Shown here: positions 27,670 through 35,975 of the stretch, piece by piece
Layout of the letters: each line of letters starts with the position of its first letter
Numbering within the stretch: the first letter of the stretch is position 1
Sequence record: PV029541
DNA: 64,000 nucleotides
Strand: one strand, 5' to 3'
DNA from: Escherichia phage PBM-2
The notes under the pieces: model-generated
The model's database searches: none
Told to the model about the DNA's origin: nothing
The model's input: only the letters and a program-made list of their open reading frames with translations
Translations under genes and position numbers: made by a program

Positions 27670-29819
27670 GTATCGACCTTACTGGCATCAGTCACCATCC
27701 AGCGATTGAAGAAATCGTAGATGTGCTCTGCAATAAAACCCAGAATAATGACCGGGGATTCTTCCGTGTCGAAGTAGCCTACTTCTTGGCTAAAATGGCA
27801 TCCTGCATGGGTGCAACCATTGTAACTAAAGACCGTGGTGACCTGCCGGTAAACATCTACGCTATAGCGTTGGCTACATCTGGTTTCGGTAAAGGTCACT
27901 CAGTAAATATCATTGAAGACGGGTTCATGTCTGGCTTCCGTAAACGCTTTATGGAAGACACCATGCCCGTCATTGCAAATGATCGTCTATGGAAGATTGC
28001 TAACGAACGTTCTGCTCGTCAGGGTACTGACCAGCAGGAAGAGTTTGATAAAGTTGAAGCAGAGTATAAACGTGCCGGGGCATATCCGTTTACGTTTGAC
28101 TCTGGTACTCCACCAGCAGTTAAACAGCTACGGCATAAGCTGTTAATGGCTGGGTGTGGTTCAATCAATCTTCAGATTGATGAAATTGGTTCGAACCTGT
28201 TGGCTAACATGGATGTACTAACCCTATTCCTGGAGTTATATGACCAGGGAAAAGTAAAACAGAAGCTAACCAAGAATACTGCTGAAAGCGTTCGTGGTGA
28301 AGAATTGGATGGAAAAACTCCAACTAACCTGCTGCTGTTCGGTACTCCGAGTAAGCTGCTGGATGGTGGTCAGACTGAAGACCAGTTCTATGGCTTTCTC
28401 GATATAGGGTATGCACGTCGCTGTCTGTTTGCTACTGGTCACTTAGACAAGAGAGCACATGCAACACTAACCCCGGAAGAAATCTACCGTAACCTGATTA
28501 AACAAGATAACGTACAGACTCTTGGTAAGTGGGCTAACCATTTCCATAGTCTGGCTGACCCAAACCTGTTTGGTTTTAAGATGGTTGTAGAAGATGCCGT
28601 GGGTATTGCTCTGATTGCTTACAAAATTGATTGTGAGAAGCAAGCAGAAGCTATGGCTGACCATGAAGATATTCGTAAAGCTGAAATTTCTCACCGTTAT
28701 TTCAAAGCACTTAAGCTGGCAGGTGCACTGGCGTTTGTTGACCAAAGTTCATTCATTGAGATGACCCACCTTAAACAAGCAATTCTGCTTGTAGAAGAAT
28801 CTGGAGCAGCATTTCAGACAATCCTCAATCGTGAGAAGGCTTATGTGAAGCTGGCTAAGTACATTGCTTCTGTAGGTAAAGAAGTAACCCATGCTGATTT
28901 GGTGGAGTCTTTACCATTCTATAAGAGTGGTAATGCAGCTCGTAATGAGATGATGACTCTTGCTACAGCATGGGGTTACAAGCAGCACATCATCATTAAG
29001 AAGACCTTCAATGAAGGTATTGAGTTCTTCCGTGGTGAAACTCTTAAAGAGACAGACATCAATGAGATGATTGTGGCGTATAGTGATAGCTTTGCTTATG
29101 ACTACATTGGTGAACGTGTACCGTTCGACCAGTTGCATGTATTAACCCAAGCTCCCGGTATGCACTGGGTAAACCATCACATGAAGAATGGGCATCGTTC
29201 TGAAGAAAATGTTATCCCAGGATTTAACATGATTGTTATTGACTGTGATGGTGGAGTACCCCTGCATACGTGCCATGAACTAATGAAGGAATATAAGTTC
29301 ATGACCTATACCACCAAGCGTCATACTGATGAAGAGAACCGCTTCCGTCTGATTATTCCAATGAACTATGAGTTACACCTCGACACTGAGGAATACAAAG
29401 AGTTCATGAATAACGTTATGGCTTGGCTACCATTTGAAACAGATGAGTCTGCTAACCAACGAGCCAAGAAGTGGATGTCCTGTGAGACTGGTTCCTATCA
29501 TTACAATCTTGATGCGAATCTGTTAGATGTGCGTGACTTTATTCCTCGTACTAGTAAGAACGAGCAGTTCCAGAACCAGATGAAGGAAGTACAGTCGTTG
29601 GATAATCTGGAGCGTTGGTTCGCTAGTCGTATTGCCTCCGGTAATCGTAATAATCAAATGATTAAGTACGCACTGGCATTGGTTGACAGTGGTTGGGACT
29701 TTGCTCAAGTACAGCAAGCCGTCCACACATTCAATAAGAAACTGGCTAATCCATTACCAGATGATGAATTGAATGCAACCGTAATGGTCACCGTGGCTAA
29801 ACGCTACGCTGGCAAATAA
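27666..29819 (+). CDS. putative DNA primase
   Basis: 717 aa in the replication module; C-terminal IVIDCDGG...HTCH resembles an AEP-type hhhDhD/H catalytic arrangement; by motif and synteny only. Confidence 0.45.
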   Translation: MSIDLTGISHHPAIEEIVDVLCNKTQNNDRGFFRVEVAYFLAKMASCMGATIVTKDRGDLPVNIYAIALATSGFGKGHSVNIIEDGFMSGFRKRFMEDTMPVIANDRLWKIANERSARQGTDQQEEFDKVEAEYKRAGAYPFTFDSGTPPAVKQLRHKLLMAGCGSINLQIDEIGSNLLANMDVLTLFLELYDQGKVKQKLTKNTAESVRGEELDGKTPTNLLLFGTPSKLLDGGQTEDQFYGFLDIGYARRCLFATGHLDKRAHATLTPEEIYRNLIKQDNVQTLGKWANHFHSLADPNLFGFKMVVEDAVGIALIAYKIDCEKQAEAMADHEDIRKAEISHRYFKALKLAGALAFVDQSSFIEMTHLKQAILLVEESGAAFQTILNREKAYVKLAKYIASVGKEVTHADLVESLPFYKSGNAARNEMMTLATAWGYKQHIIIKKTFNEGIEFFRGETLKETDINEMIVAYSDSFAYDYIGERVPFDQLHVLTQAPGMHWVNHHMKNGHRSEENVIPGFNMIVIDCDGGVPLHTCHELMKEYKFMTYTTKRHTDEENRFRLIIPMNYELHLDTEEYKEFMNNVMAWLPFETDESANQRAKKWMSCETGSYHYNLDANLLDVRDFIPRTSKNEQFQNQMKEVQSLDNLERWFASRIASGNRNNQMIKYALALVDSGWDFAQVQQAVHTFNKKLANPLPDDELNATVMVTVAKRYAGK

Positions 29820-29875
29820 GTAAACAGGAGTCTTTCTTTGGTTTGAAGGACTCCTAAATTAAACGAGGAAAAATA

Positions 29876-30628
29876 ATGTCCGAAGAAATCTCCAATGATA
29901 TGAACACTCAGCTAATCCTGATTGCAGGATTCTCAGCGAGTGGTAAATCAGCATCACTGCGTAACATCAGGAACCAGGAACGCTGGCTCTATCTGAATAC
30001 TGAAGCAGGTAAACGTCTACCTTTCCGTAACAAGTTTAATACCTACAACATTGAAGACCCATATCAGATTTGGGAAGCATTTGATGTTGCATCCCCAGGT
30101 GGTGAAATGGCAGACGATGTTGATGGAATCATTATCGACTCTGCTACCTTCATGATGGATATGCTGGAATCTCAGTATGTACTGCCATCTGCTAATACTC
30201 AGAAGGCATGGGGAGATTTTGCACAGTTCTTTAAAATACTGCTGCAACAGAAAGTTGTTAAATTTGGTAAGCCAGTAATTATTACTGCCCATGCCAAAGA
30301 TGAACTCGACGAAGCTGCTGGTGTGATTAAAACATTCATCCCAGTGAAAGGTTCTCTGAAGAACAATGGTCTTGAGGCTTACTTCTCTACAGTGGTTTAC
30401 GCAGAGCGTGTAGACATTAAAGAGCTGGAGAAGTATGGCAACAAGATGCTTGAAATTACCGAAGAAGAACGTGACTTAGGTTATAAGCACGTATTCCAGA
30501 CTCGCCCAACCAAGAAGTCTGTTGGTAAACGTCTACGTTCCCCAATGGGTATGTTCGATAAGTCTGAGACTTACATTGATAATGATGCCCAGAAACTCTT
30601 AGACCATCTGGCTGAATACTACGCTTAA
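29876..30628 (+). CDS. P-loop ATPase, possibly Sak4-like recombination protein
   Basis: Walker A GFSASGKSAS near N-terminus, Walker B-like IIIDSATF; about 250 aa; directly upstream of the putative SSB. Confidence 0.4.
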   Translation: MSEEISNDMNTQLILIAGFSASGKSASLRNIRNQERWLYLNTEAGKRLPFRNKFNTYNIEDPYQIWEAFDVASPGGEMADDVDGIIIDSATFMMDMLESQYVLPSANTQKAWGDFAQFFKILLQQKVVKFGKPVIITAHAKDELDEAAGVIKTFIPVKGSLKNNGLEAYFSTVVYAERVDIKELEKYGNKMLEITEEERDLGYKHVFQTRPTKKSVGKRLRSPMGMFDKSETYIDNDAQKLLDHLAEYYA

Positions 30629-30668
30629 GCGTTTGCCTGGTTGTTAATCACTTATTAGGAAAAATATT

Positions 30669-31466
30669 ATGTCACTGTTCAGTAACTTGAAAGAAAAAAC
30701 CAAAAACGTTGAAGCTGTAAAAGACTCCCTTGGTGGTGGTGGCTTCGGTGCAAAGGAGTCAGATATCTACACCGGTACTGTAAAAGTAGCTTACGTAGGT
30801 AAAGCTGACTCTGGTGCAGACTGGATGCAGTTAATCATTGAAAACCTGAAAGGTTCTGATGGTAATGATGCTGGCGAGTTCCGTTCACAGGTGTACTTCA
30901 CTTCTGGTAATTCTAAAGGCAATAAGCCTACTTACGAGAAGAATGGTAAAGAATACTTCCTGCCAGGTTATACCGTCATCAATGACATGATGCTGATGGC
31001 TACCGGTACAGAACTGCCTGAAGCTGACTTCGAAGAGAAGATTGTTAAAGTCTATGACTTCGATGCTAAAGCAGAAGTTAATAAATCTGTCATGGTTCCA
31101 GTTGACCTGGTTGGTCAGACTGTTACCTTTGCTCTGGAAAAAGTTCTGGAATCCAAGCAGGTTAAGGGTGACAACGGTTACGTTGATTCCGGTGAAACCC
31201 GTGAAGTAAACGAGATTCAGAAAGTGTTTCACCCGGAACTGCTGGTCACAGTCGTCGAGGCTCAGGAAGCAGAGAAGGCTGAGAAAGAACTGACCCCAGA
31301 ACTGGCTGTATTTTATGCAGCATGGTTAGAAAAGAACAAGGGTAAAACCCGTGATAAGACCAAGGGTTCTGCTGGTGGTAATGGCAAAGGTGGCTTGCCT
31401 CCTAAACCAAGTGCTGGCACGGGTACTGCTCCTGCTGGTGGTAAATCACTGTTCGGTAAACGTTAA
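30669..31466 (+). CDS. putative single-stranded DNA-binding protein
   Basis: 265 aa with Gly-rich flexible C-terminal tail (GSAGGNGKGG...GKSLFGKR); position between ATPase and resolvase; synteny-based. Confidence 0.4.
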   Translation: MSLFSNLKEKTKNVEAVKDSLGGGGFGAKESDIYTGTVKVAYVGKADSGADWMQLIIENLKGSDGNDAGEFRSQVYFTSGNSKGNKPTYEKNGKEYFLPGYTVINDMMLMATGTELPEADFEEKIVKVYDFDAKAEVNKSVMVPVDLVGQTVTFALEKVLESKQVKGDNGYVDSGETREVNEIQKVFHPELLVTVVEAQEAEKAEKELTPELAVFYAAWLEKNKGKTRDKTKGSAGGNGKGGLPPKPSAGTGTAPAGGKSLFGKR

Positions 31467-32020
31467 TGAAAATCCCAATTGTTGGTGCAGACATTAGTCT
31501 CCGCAATTGGGGTTTAGCTCGTGGGATGCTGGACATTGAGTCCGGCGTCTTCGAGCAGGTCGAACTTAAACTGGTTCAAACTGAAGTTGACCACAACAAA
31601 CAAGTTCGAACCAACTCCAAAGATATACAAGCCGCTCACGATTTGTTTCTTGGTTGTGAAGAATGGTTACGGTCTGCTAAAGCAGTATTCGTAGAAGTAC
31701 CAGTAGGCTCTCAGTCTGCTAACGGTATGAAATCCTATGGCGTATGCGTAGGATTAATTGGTGCATTTCGTGCATTGGGTTGTCCAATCTTTGAAGTATC
31801 CCCAATTGAAAACAAACTTGCACTGGTCGGCGATAAAACTGCATCTAAAGACACGATGATTCGTGCTGCTCATGCCATCTATCCCGAAGCCAACTGGCTC
31901 ACAGATAAGAAAGGCAAACTTCTGAATAAGAATGAGCACTTAGCAGATGCAATCGGTGCAATCCACGCTGGAGTAAATCTACCAGCTTTCCAGAACCTCA
32001 TTAAATTAATAAAGGCATAA
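31466..32020 (+). CDS. RuvC-like Holliday junction resolvase
   Basis: IVGADISLRNWG (cf. RuvC ILGIDPG), VFVEVPV (cf. FAIEQVF), KLALVGDKTASKDTM (cf. RuvC VVGIGSAEKSQV), EHLADAIGAIHAG (cf. ADAADALAIAITH). Confidence 0.6.
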   Translation: MKIPIVGADISLRNWGLARGMLDIESGVFEQVELKLVQTEVDHNKQVRTNSKDIQAAHDLFLGCEEWLRSAKAVFVEVPVGSQSANGMKSYGVCVGLIGAFRALGCPIFEVSPIENKLALVGDKTASKDTMIRAAHAIYPEANWLTDKKGKLLNKNEHLADAIGAIHAGVNLPAFQNLIKLIKA

Positions 32021-32021
32021 T

Positions 32022-32465
32022 ATGCAAATCATTTTGAACCAGTCCGAAGTAGAAGCTGCTGTACAAGCTTATGTCGATGATCAAATCAATCTTGCTGGTG
32101 ACATTAATATTGTCATCAATGCAGATGGTACAGCCTCCGTTGGTATCAACGAAGAGGTAAGTCATAACGATGATACTCCACCCTTGGTAGAGAAGAAGAC
32201 GCGTCGTTCTCGTAAGAACCCTCAGGAAGCTAAACACCGTCCGGTAGAACCGGAACCGGAAGAAGTGGTTGAAGAGGTAAAGGAAGAAGAAACCCAGACC
32301 TCTACTGGTGGACAGAACGAGAGTTCTACGCCGGAACCTGAAGAAGAAGCAGTAGCTGAACCAGAAGCACAAGAAGAAGTTGTGCAGGAAGAGGTTAAGG
32401 CTGAAGAACCAGCAGAGAAACCTGCTACTAAGCCTTCACTGTTCGCTGGCCTTAAACGTAGTTAA
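32022..32465 (+). CDS. acidic low-complexity protein (Glu/Pro-rich C-terminal half)
   Basis: ORF track; C-terminal half dominated by E, P, V, A repeats. Confidence 0.4.
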   Translation: MQIILNQSEVEAAVQAYVDDQINLAGDINIVINADGTASVGINEEVSHNDDTPPLVEKKTRRSRKNPQEAKHRPVEPEPEEVVEEVKEEETQTSTGGQNESSTPEPEEEAVAEPEAQEEVVQEEVKAEEPAEKPATKPSLFAGLKRS

Positions 32466-32696
32466 TCTGGTAGGTGGCTCAGAAGCTGCTGCTAGGTGTG
32501 GTAGTGTTTATAGTCCTGATGCTACTACTGGTCAGGATTATAGACGTGTCGGCTCCATACATAGCTTTTATCATCACTGTCATTATCCTGTGGAAATGCA
32601 GTGGTAAACACGGTGGTGACAAGCCGCCAGAGTAACAACAACCGAACCAGTCCCCTTTAATACTCTCCGAAGGGGATTGGTTCAAACGAGGTTAAC

Positions 32697-32867
32697 ATGA
32701 ACAAATTTACTATTCACTGGCTCAATGGAAAGGTTAGTTCTTTCGTGGGTGGAGAACCTGTTGAAGGGAACAAAGCATTCCACATTGATTCAGAAGGTTG
32801 CAAAATCTTAATACCATATGCTTGGTATAAAGATGGTGAAGTAAAGGCATTAAAAAAGAGTAGTTAA
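32697..32867 (+). CDS. small hypothetical protein (56 aa, below track cutoff)
   Basis: Hand-translated MNKFTIHWLNGKVSSFVGGEPVEGNKAFHIDSEGCKILIPYAWYKDGEVKALKKSS; AACGAGG RBS 7 nt upstream of ATG. Confidence 0.3.
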   Translation: MNKFTIHWLNGKVSSFVGGEPVEGNKAFHIDSEGCKILIPYAWYKDGEVKALKKSS

Positions 32868-34331
32868 TATCGTGAAGGGTTCTGTTAGAATCCTTTGAGA
32901 TAGGAACTCCTATCATAACCTTTCTTAACTTAATCTTTGCCGTATGGCACTGACGCTAGGGGTGGACCCCCATCCGTCAGACAGACTATTTTAAGAATTG
33001 GTTATCACAGCAAATGTAAAGCAACATTCGGGTTAATCAATGGCCTCTCCCTATAGGGGCCATTTCTGAATCTTAGGCTATATCCCAAAGGTTAGTATCT
33101 TTAGGATAAGGCTTCAGATCCCTTATCAAACTAACCGCTCAATGTTGAGCATTCTAATCACATAAGCCCCTATATGGGCTGGGTTAAATGTCGGATAGCC
33201 TAGCTACCTACAACATCGAACTGTTAGATCTTACATGCAATATAGGGTATAAAGGGAGGATTCGTCCCCTCCCCCCTATTATGGGCTATCAGTGAGTGCA
33301 TTAGTTGATTAGCTGTGGAAGGTAGGCCGATGTCCACAAGCGTGGCCCAGAGCTAGTGTACTCTTTGATAGTTTTCGTAAGCGATTATGCGGTTTTTTAG
33401 AAACGAACCAATAACATAAATGCAAACGATGATGTTGTTCTGATGGCAGCCTAATAAGCCAAGCGTCAGTCAGGAGTGAGTCGTCCTGATTATCAAACGA
33501 CCGTGGAGTGTCCCCGTCCATGTATTAGAAACGGGGAGTTAATCAATGGTATGTGATAGCTCAAATAGGTAGAGCGTGAGGCTACAGTGCTGAATGGTTT
33601 GTGGGTTCGATTCCCACCCATGCCTACAGTCCAGACGATATCTGAGTGACTATAAAAACAGATGGAGCCAGGTGGAATCCCTGGCAATTAATTCCGGTGT
33701 AGGTACTAGTGTCGTGCACGGCATGAGTGTTCTGGTTCGAGTCCAGACGCCGGAACCAATTATCAGTTGCACGAGATGGCTTGACATGTTCAAGTTTGGA
33801 CTAAGTGTGACACCGCTAGATTGGAGGGCTGCTGCGGTAAGCTATAGACTCCAACCGGAGGTTCGAATCCTTCACTGATAACCAATTCAAAGTAGCATTG
33901 TATATTTAAATGTTTCCCGGCATTTAAAGCACCCACCGTGACAGTGCTACTCTAAATTGGAAGAATTATGGGGGTAAGTCGTAACCATACGACGGCGTAA
34001 GTACCAGATGAGACTTCTGGACGCCCCTACCATATTTGAGGTGTAACAGTTAAATCCAGTTGCCGGAAGTGCAATTCTAGATACGCTGCCAATGTGTGAA
34101 CGGTAAGGCTGTACAGGACTCGGACTCCCACCTCAAACCAAAGTCGCCAGGTACTTATGGCAAACGGGTAGTAACGAACTAGTCATTCGTCAAACGCCCA
34201 ACCCAATTATGAGTCAGCAAGAACGCCTTCACTTAAACTTAAACAAAAAAGCTTAACGCAATAATTATGTAGGGGTATGTAAGGATTGCGAAGAAGGAGC
34301 CAGTTAGAGTCTGGCATGACTCACCTATTAA

Positions 34332-34407
34332 TACCCGGTAGGCTTAGTGGTAAAGCCCCACTAGTAAACCAACTAGGACGCAGGTTCGAATCCTGTCCGG
34401 GTAACCA
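34332..34407 (+). tRNA. tRNA gene (anticodon not resolved; CCA encoded; approx. coords)
   Basis: Perfect 7-bp acceptor stem tacccgg/ccgggta, D-arm ggct-tagtggtaa-agcc, T-arm gcagg-ttcgaat-cctgt, discriminator A then CCA; anticodon arm folds only as ctagt/actag with a 6-nt loop, so possibly aberrant. Confidence 0.5.
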
Positions 34408-34413
34408 TATTAT

Positions 34414-34487
34414 GTCCGCTTAGCTTAGACTGGGAAAGCAACCGACTAATAATCGGAAAGTCACTGGTTCAAATCCAGTAGTGGACA
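34414..34487 (+). tRNA. tRNA gene, hand-folded anticodon AAU (needs confirmation; approx. coords)
   Basis: Acceptor gtccgct/agtggac (one G-U), D-arm gctt-agactggga-aagc, anticodon stem accga/tcgga with loop ctaataa (U33, A37), T-arm actgg-ttcaaat-ccagt. Confidence 0.55.
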
Positions 34488-34731
34488 CCCATTTAGCAGT
34501 AACATAGTCCTGATTGCATCGCACTCTAAAGACAACACTGGTAAGACAGTCCAGTGGCTGCTATTGTATTGTTATTCCCTTCGACGGGAATTTCGCTGGA
34601 GAATAGGAACTCCTTAAATCCTAGCCTGAGTAATTACCACAGGAACGGGACTATCAATCCCAAGCCTGGTCAGCGTGGACTGTCTTCGTGGTAAGAACCA
34701 AAAGCCTCCCAGCTATGGGTAAATAGTACTA

Positions 34732-34768
34732 AGTCCCCTGGAGCCGTCACTCTGGGGGACTTTTTTAT
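34732..34768 (+). terminator. rho-independent terminator after tRNA region (approx. coords)
   Basis: agtcccc...gggggact stem followed by ttttttattt. Confidence 0.5.
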
Positions 34769-34795
34769 TTGAGTATTAATAATTGGATAATCAAT

Positions 34796-34954
34796 ATGAT
34801 TGACCTAATCTCAACCCCGTATGCCTATGAGGTAACGGATAATCGAGGACGCAAGTCTTTGGTGTTTGCAGGTAGCGTAGCCTATAACAACGCAGTCATG
34901 TTTAAGTACAAACTCAAACCACTCTATGAGGCTAATAATGGCAACAGTAAGTAA
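34796..34954 (+). CDS. hypothetical small protein (about 52 aa)
   Basis: Track ORF 34769..34954; internal ATG at 34796 more plausible; first gene after the tRNA terminator. Confidence 0.3.
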   Translation: MIDLISTPYAYEVTDNRGRKSLVFAGSVAYNNAVMFKYKLKPLYEANNGNSK

Positions 34955-35318
34955 AGAAGCAATCGAAGCTAAGATTAAGAGCGTCTACTATTTTAATGGA
35001 GCTGATGCAGTGAAGTCTGCATTTGTTGATCCATCTGCACTCCCGGCAGATGATTTGGCTAACCTGGGTCTGATAACCTATTGCATTATCATCTTGGAAA
35101 ATGGCTTCAAAGTTGAAGGTGTATCTGCCTGTGTTGACCCAGCTATCTATGATGAGCAAAAAGGCCGTCAGTATGCATATGAAAATGCATTCAATAAGAT
35201 TTGGGAATTAGAAGGTTACCTGCTACGTCAGGCACTGCATGAGAAAGAAGAGACTGCTAAAGCTCTGGCTTCCTTTGCAGAAAACAACACCTGTGATGGT
35301 GGTGGTTGTACAATCTGA
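34938..35318 (+). CDS. hypothetical Cys-containing protein (126 aa)
   Basis: Track ORF 34926..35318; internal ATG at 34938; C-terminal CDGGGC; family not recognised. Confidence 0.4.
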   Translation: MATVSKEAIEAKIKSVYYFNGADAVKSAFVDPSALPADDLANLGLITYCIIILENGFKVEGVSACVDPAIYDEQKGRQYAYENAFNKIWELEGYLLRQALHEKEETAKALASFAENNTCDGGGCTI

Positions 35319-35436
35319 TTCAAAAGTGTAAGGTAGTTTTTACCGAAAGGTACTGAACTACCCGACATGTGGTAAGGCTCATGAAGCCAAAACAAAACAA
35401 GCCCTCCTAGTGAGGGCTTTCTCATTTGAGGTAGTT

Positions 35437-35937
35437 ATGTCAGAAGAAATTAAAGTCCATTTTACCAATTATATCGGAACCAAGTGTGTAAATGGTTTCC
35501 GAATGAACAAAGAAACATACTGCAAACTTCGTGGCTGGGATGTACCTGCTAATGAAGACCCATTAGAAGAAGGTTACTTAGTAGAGTACCCAGACTCTAA
35601 GTCTAACCATCCTCAGTTCCGTGGCTATATTAGCTGGTCACCTAAATCTGCATTTGAAACTGCGTACCATGACGTAGAAAAAGGTTGCACCTTTGGTCAT
35701 GCAGTAGAGCTTCTCAAATCCGGCTTCAAACTAGCCCGTAAAGGCTGGAATGGTAAAGGAATGTACATTGAGTACGTTGCTGCTCAAGAATGGAATAGCA
35801 GTAGCTTAGAGCGTCCAGGACTTGCTGATGAATTGAAACCTCGTCCATGGTTAGGAATCAAAACTGTTGATGACCAGTTTATGCCTTGGGTCCCATCCCA
35901 ATCAGATATATTAGCTGAAGACTGGGTGTTAGTTTAG
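35437..35937 (+). CDS. DUF2829-like protein, candidate Tad2-type anti-Thoeris sponge with N-terminal extension
   Basis: Track ORF 35410..35937; C-terminal half has LARKGWNGKGMYIEYV and terminal PWVPSQSDILAEDWVLV, matching hallmark strings of the DUF2829 family as I recall them. Confidence 0.5.
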   Translation: MSEEIKVHFTNYIGTKCVNGFRMNKETYCKLRGWDVPANEDPLEEGYLVEYPDSKSNHPQFRGYISWSPKSAFETAYHDVEKGCTFGHAVELLKSGFKLARKGWNGKGMYIEYVAAQEWNSSSLERPGLADELKPRPWLGIKTVDDQFMPWVPSQSDILAEDWVLV

Positions 35938-35940
35938 TAA

Positions 35941-35975
35941 AAATTAAAGCCCCTCTAATGAGGGGCTTTTTCATT
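35941..35975. terminator. bidirectional intrinsic terminator between convergent genes (approx. coords)
   Basis: 8-bp stem aaagcccct/aggggcttt flanked by an A-run on one side and a T-run on the other; lies between a plus-strand gene end and the vRNAP stop. Confidence 0.55.

Noticed and set aside
32001-32372. 123-aa minus-strand ORF overlapping the acidic protein gene
   Set aside because: Antisense to a GAA/GAG-rich repeat region; Phe/Leu-rich translation is the expected mirror artefact.
33601-33625. T-arm-like element (gtggg-ttcgatt-cccac) suggesting a tRNA near 33550-33625
   Set aside because: No 5-bp/7-nt anticodon stem-loop fits anywhere in the expected interval, and the best 5' acceptor candidate conflicts with the only workable D-arm; kept only as part of the structured-region finding.
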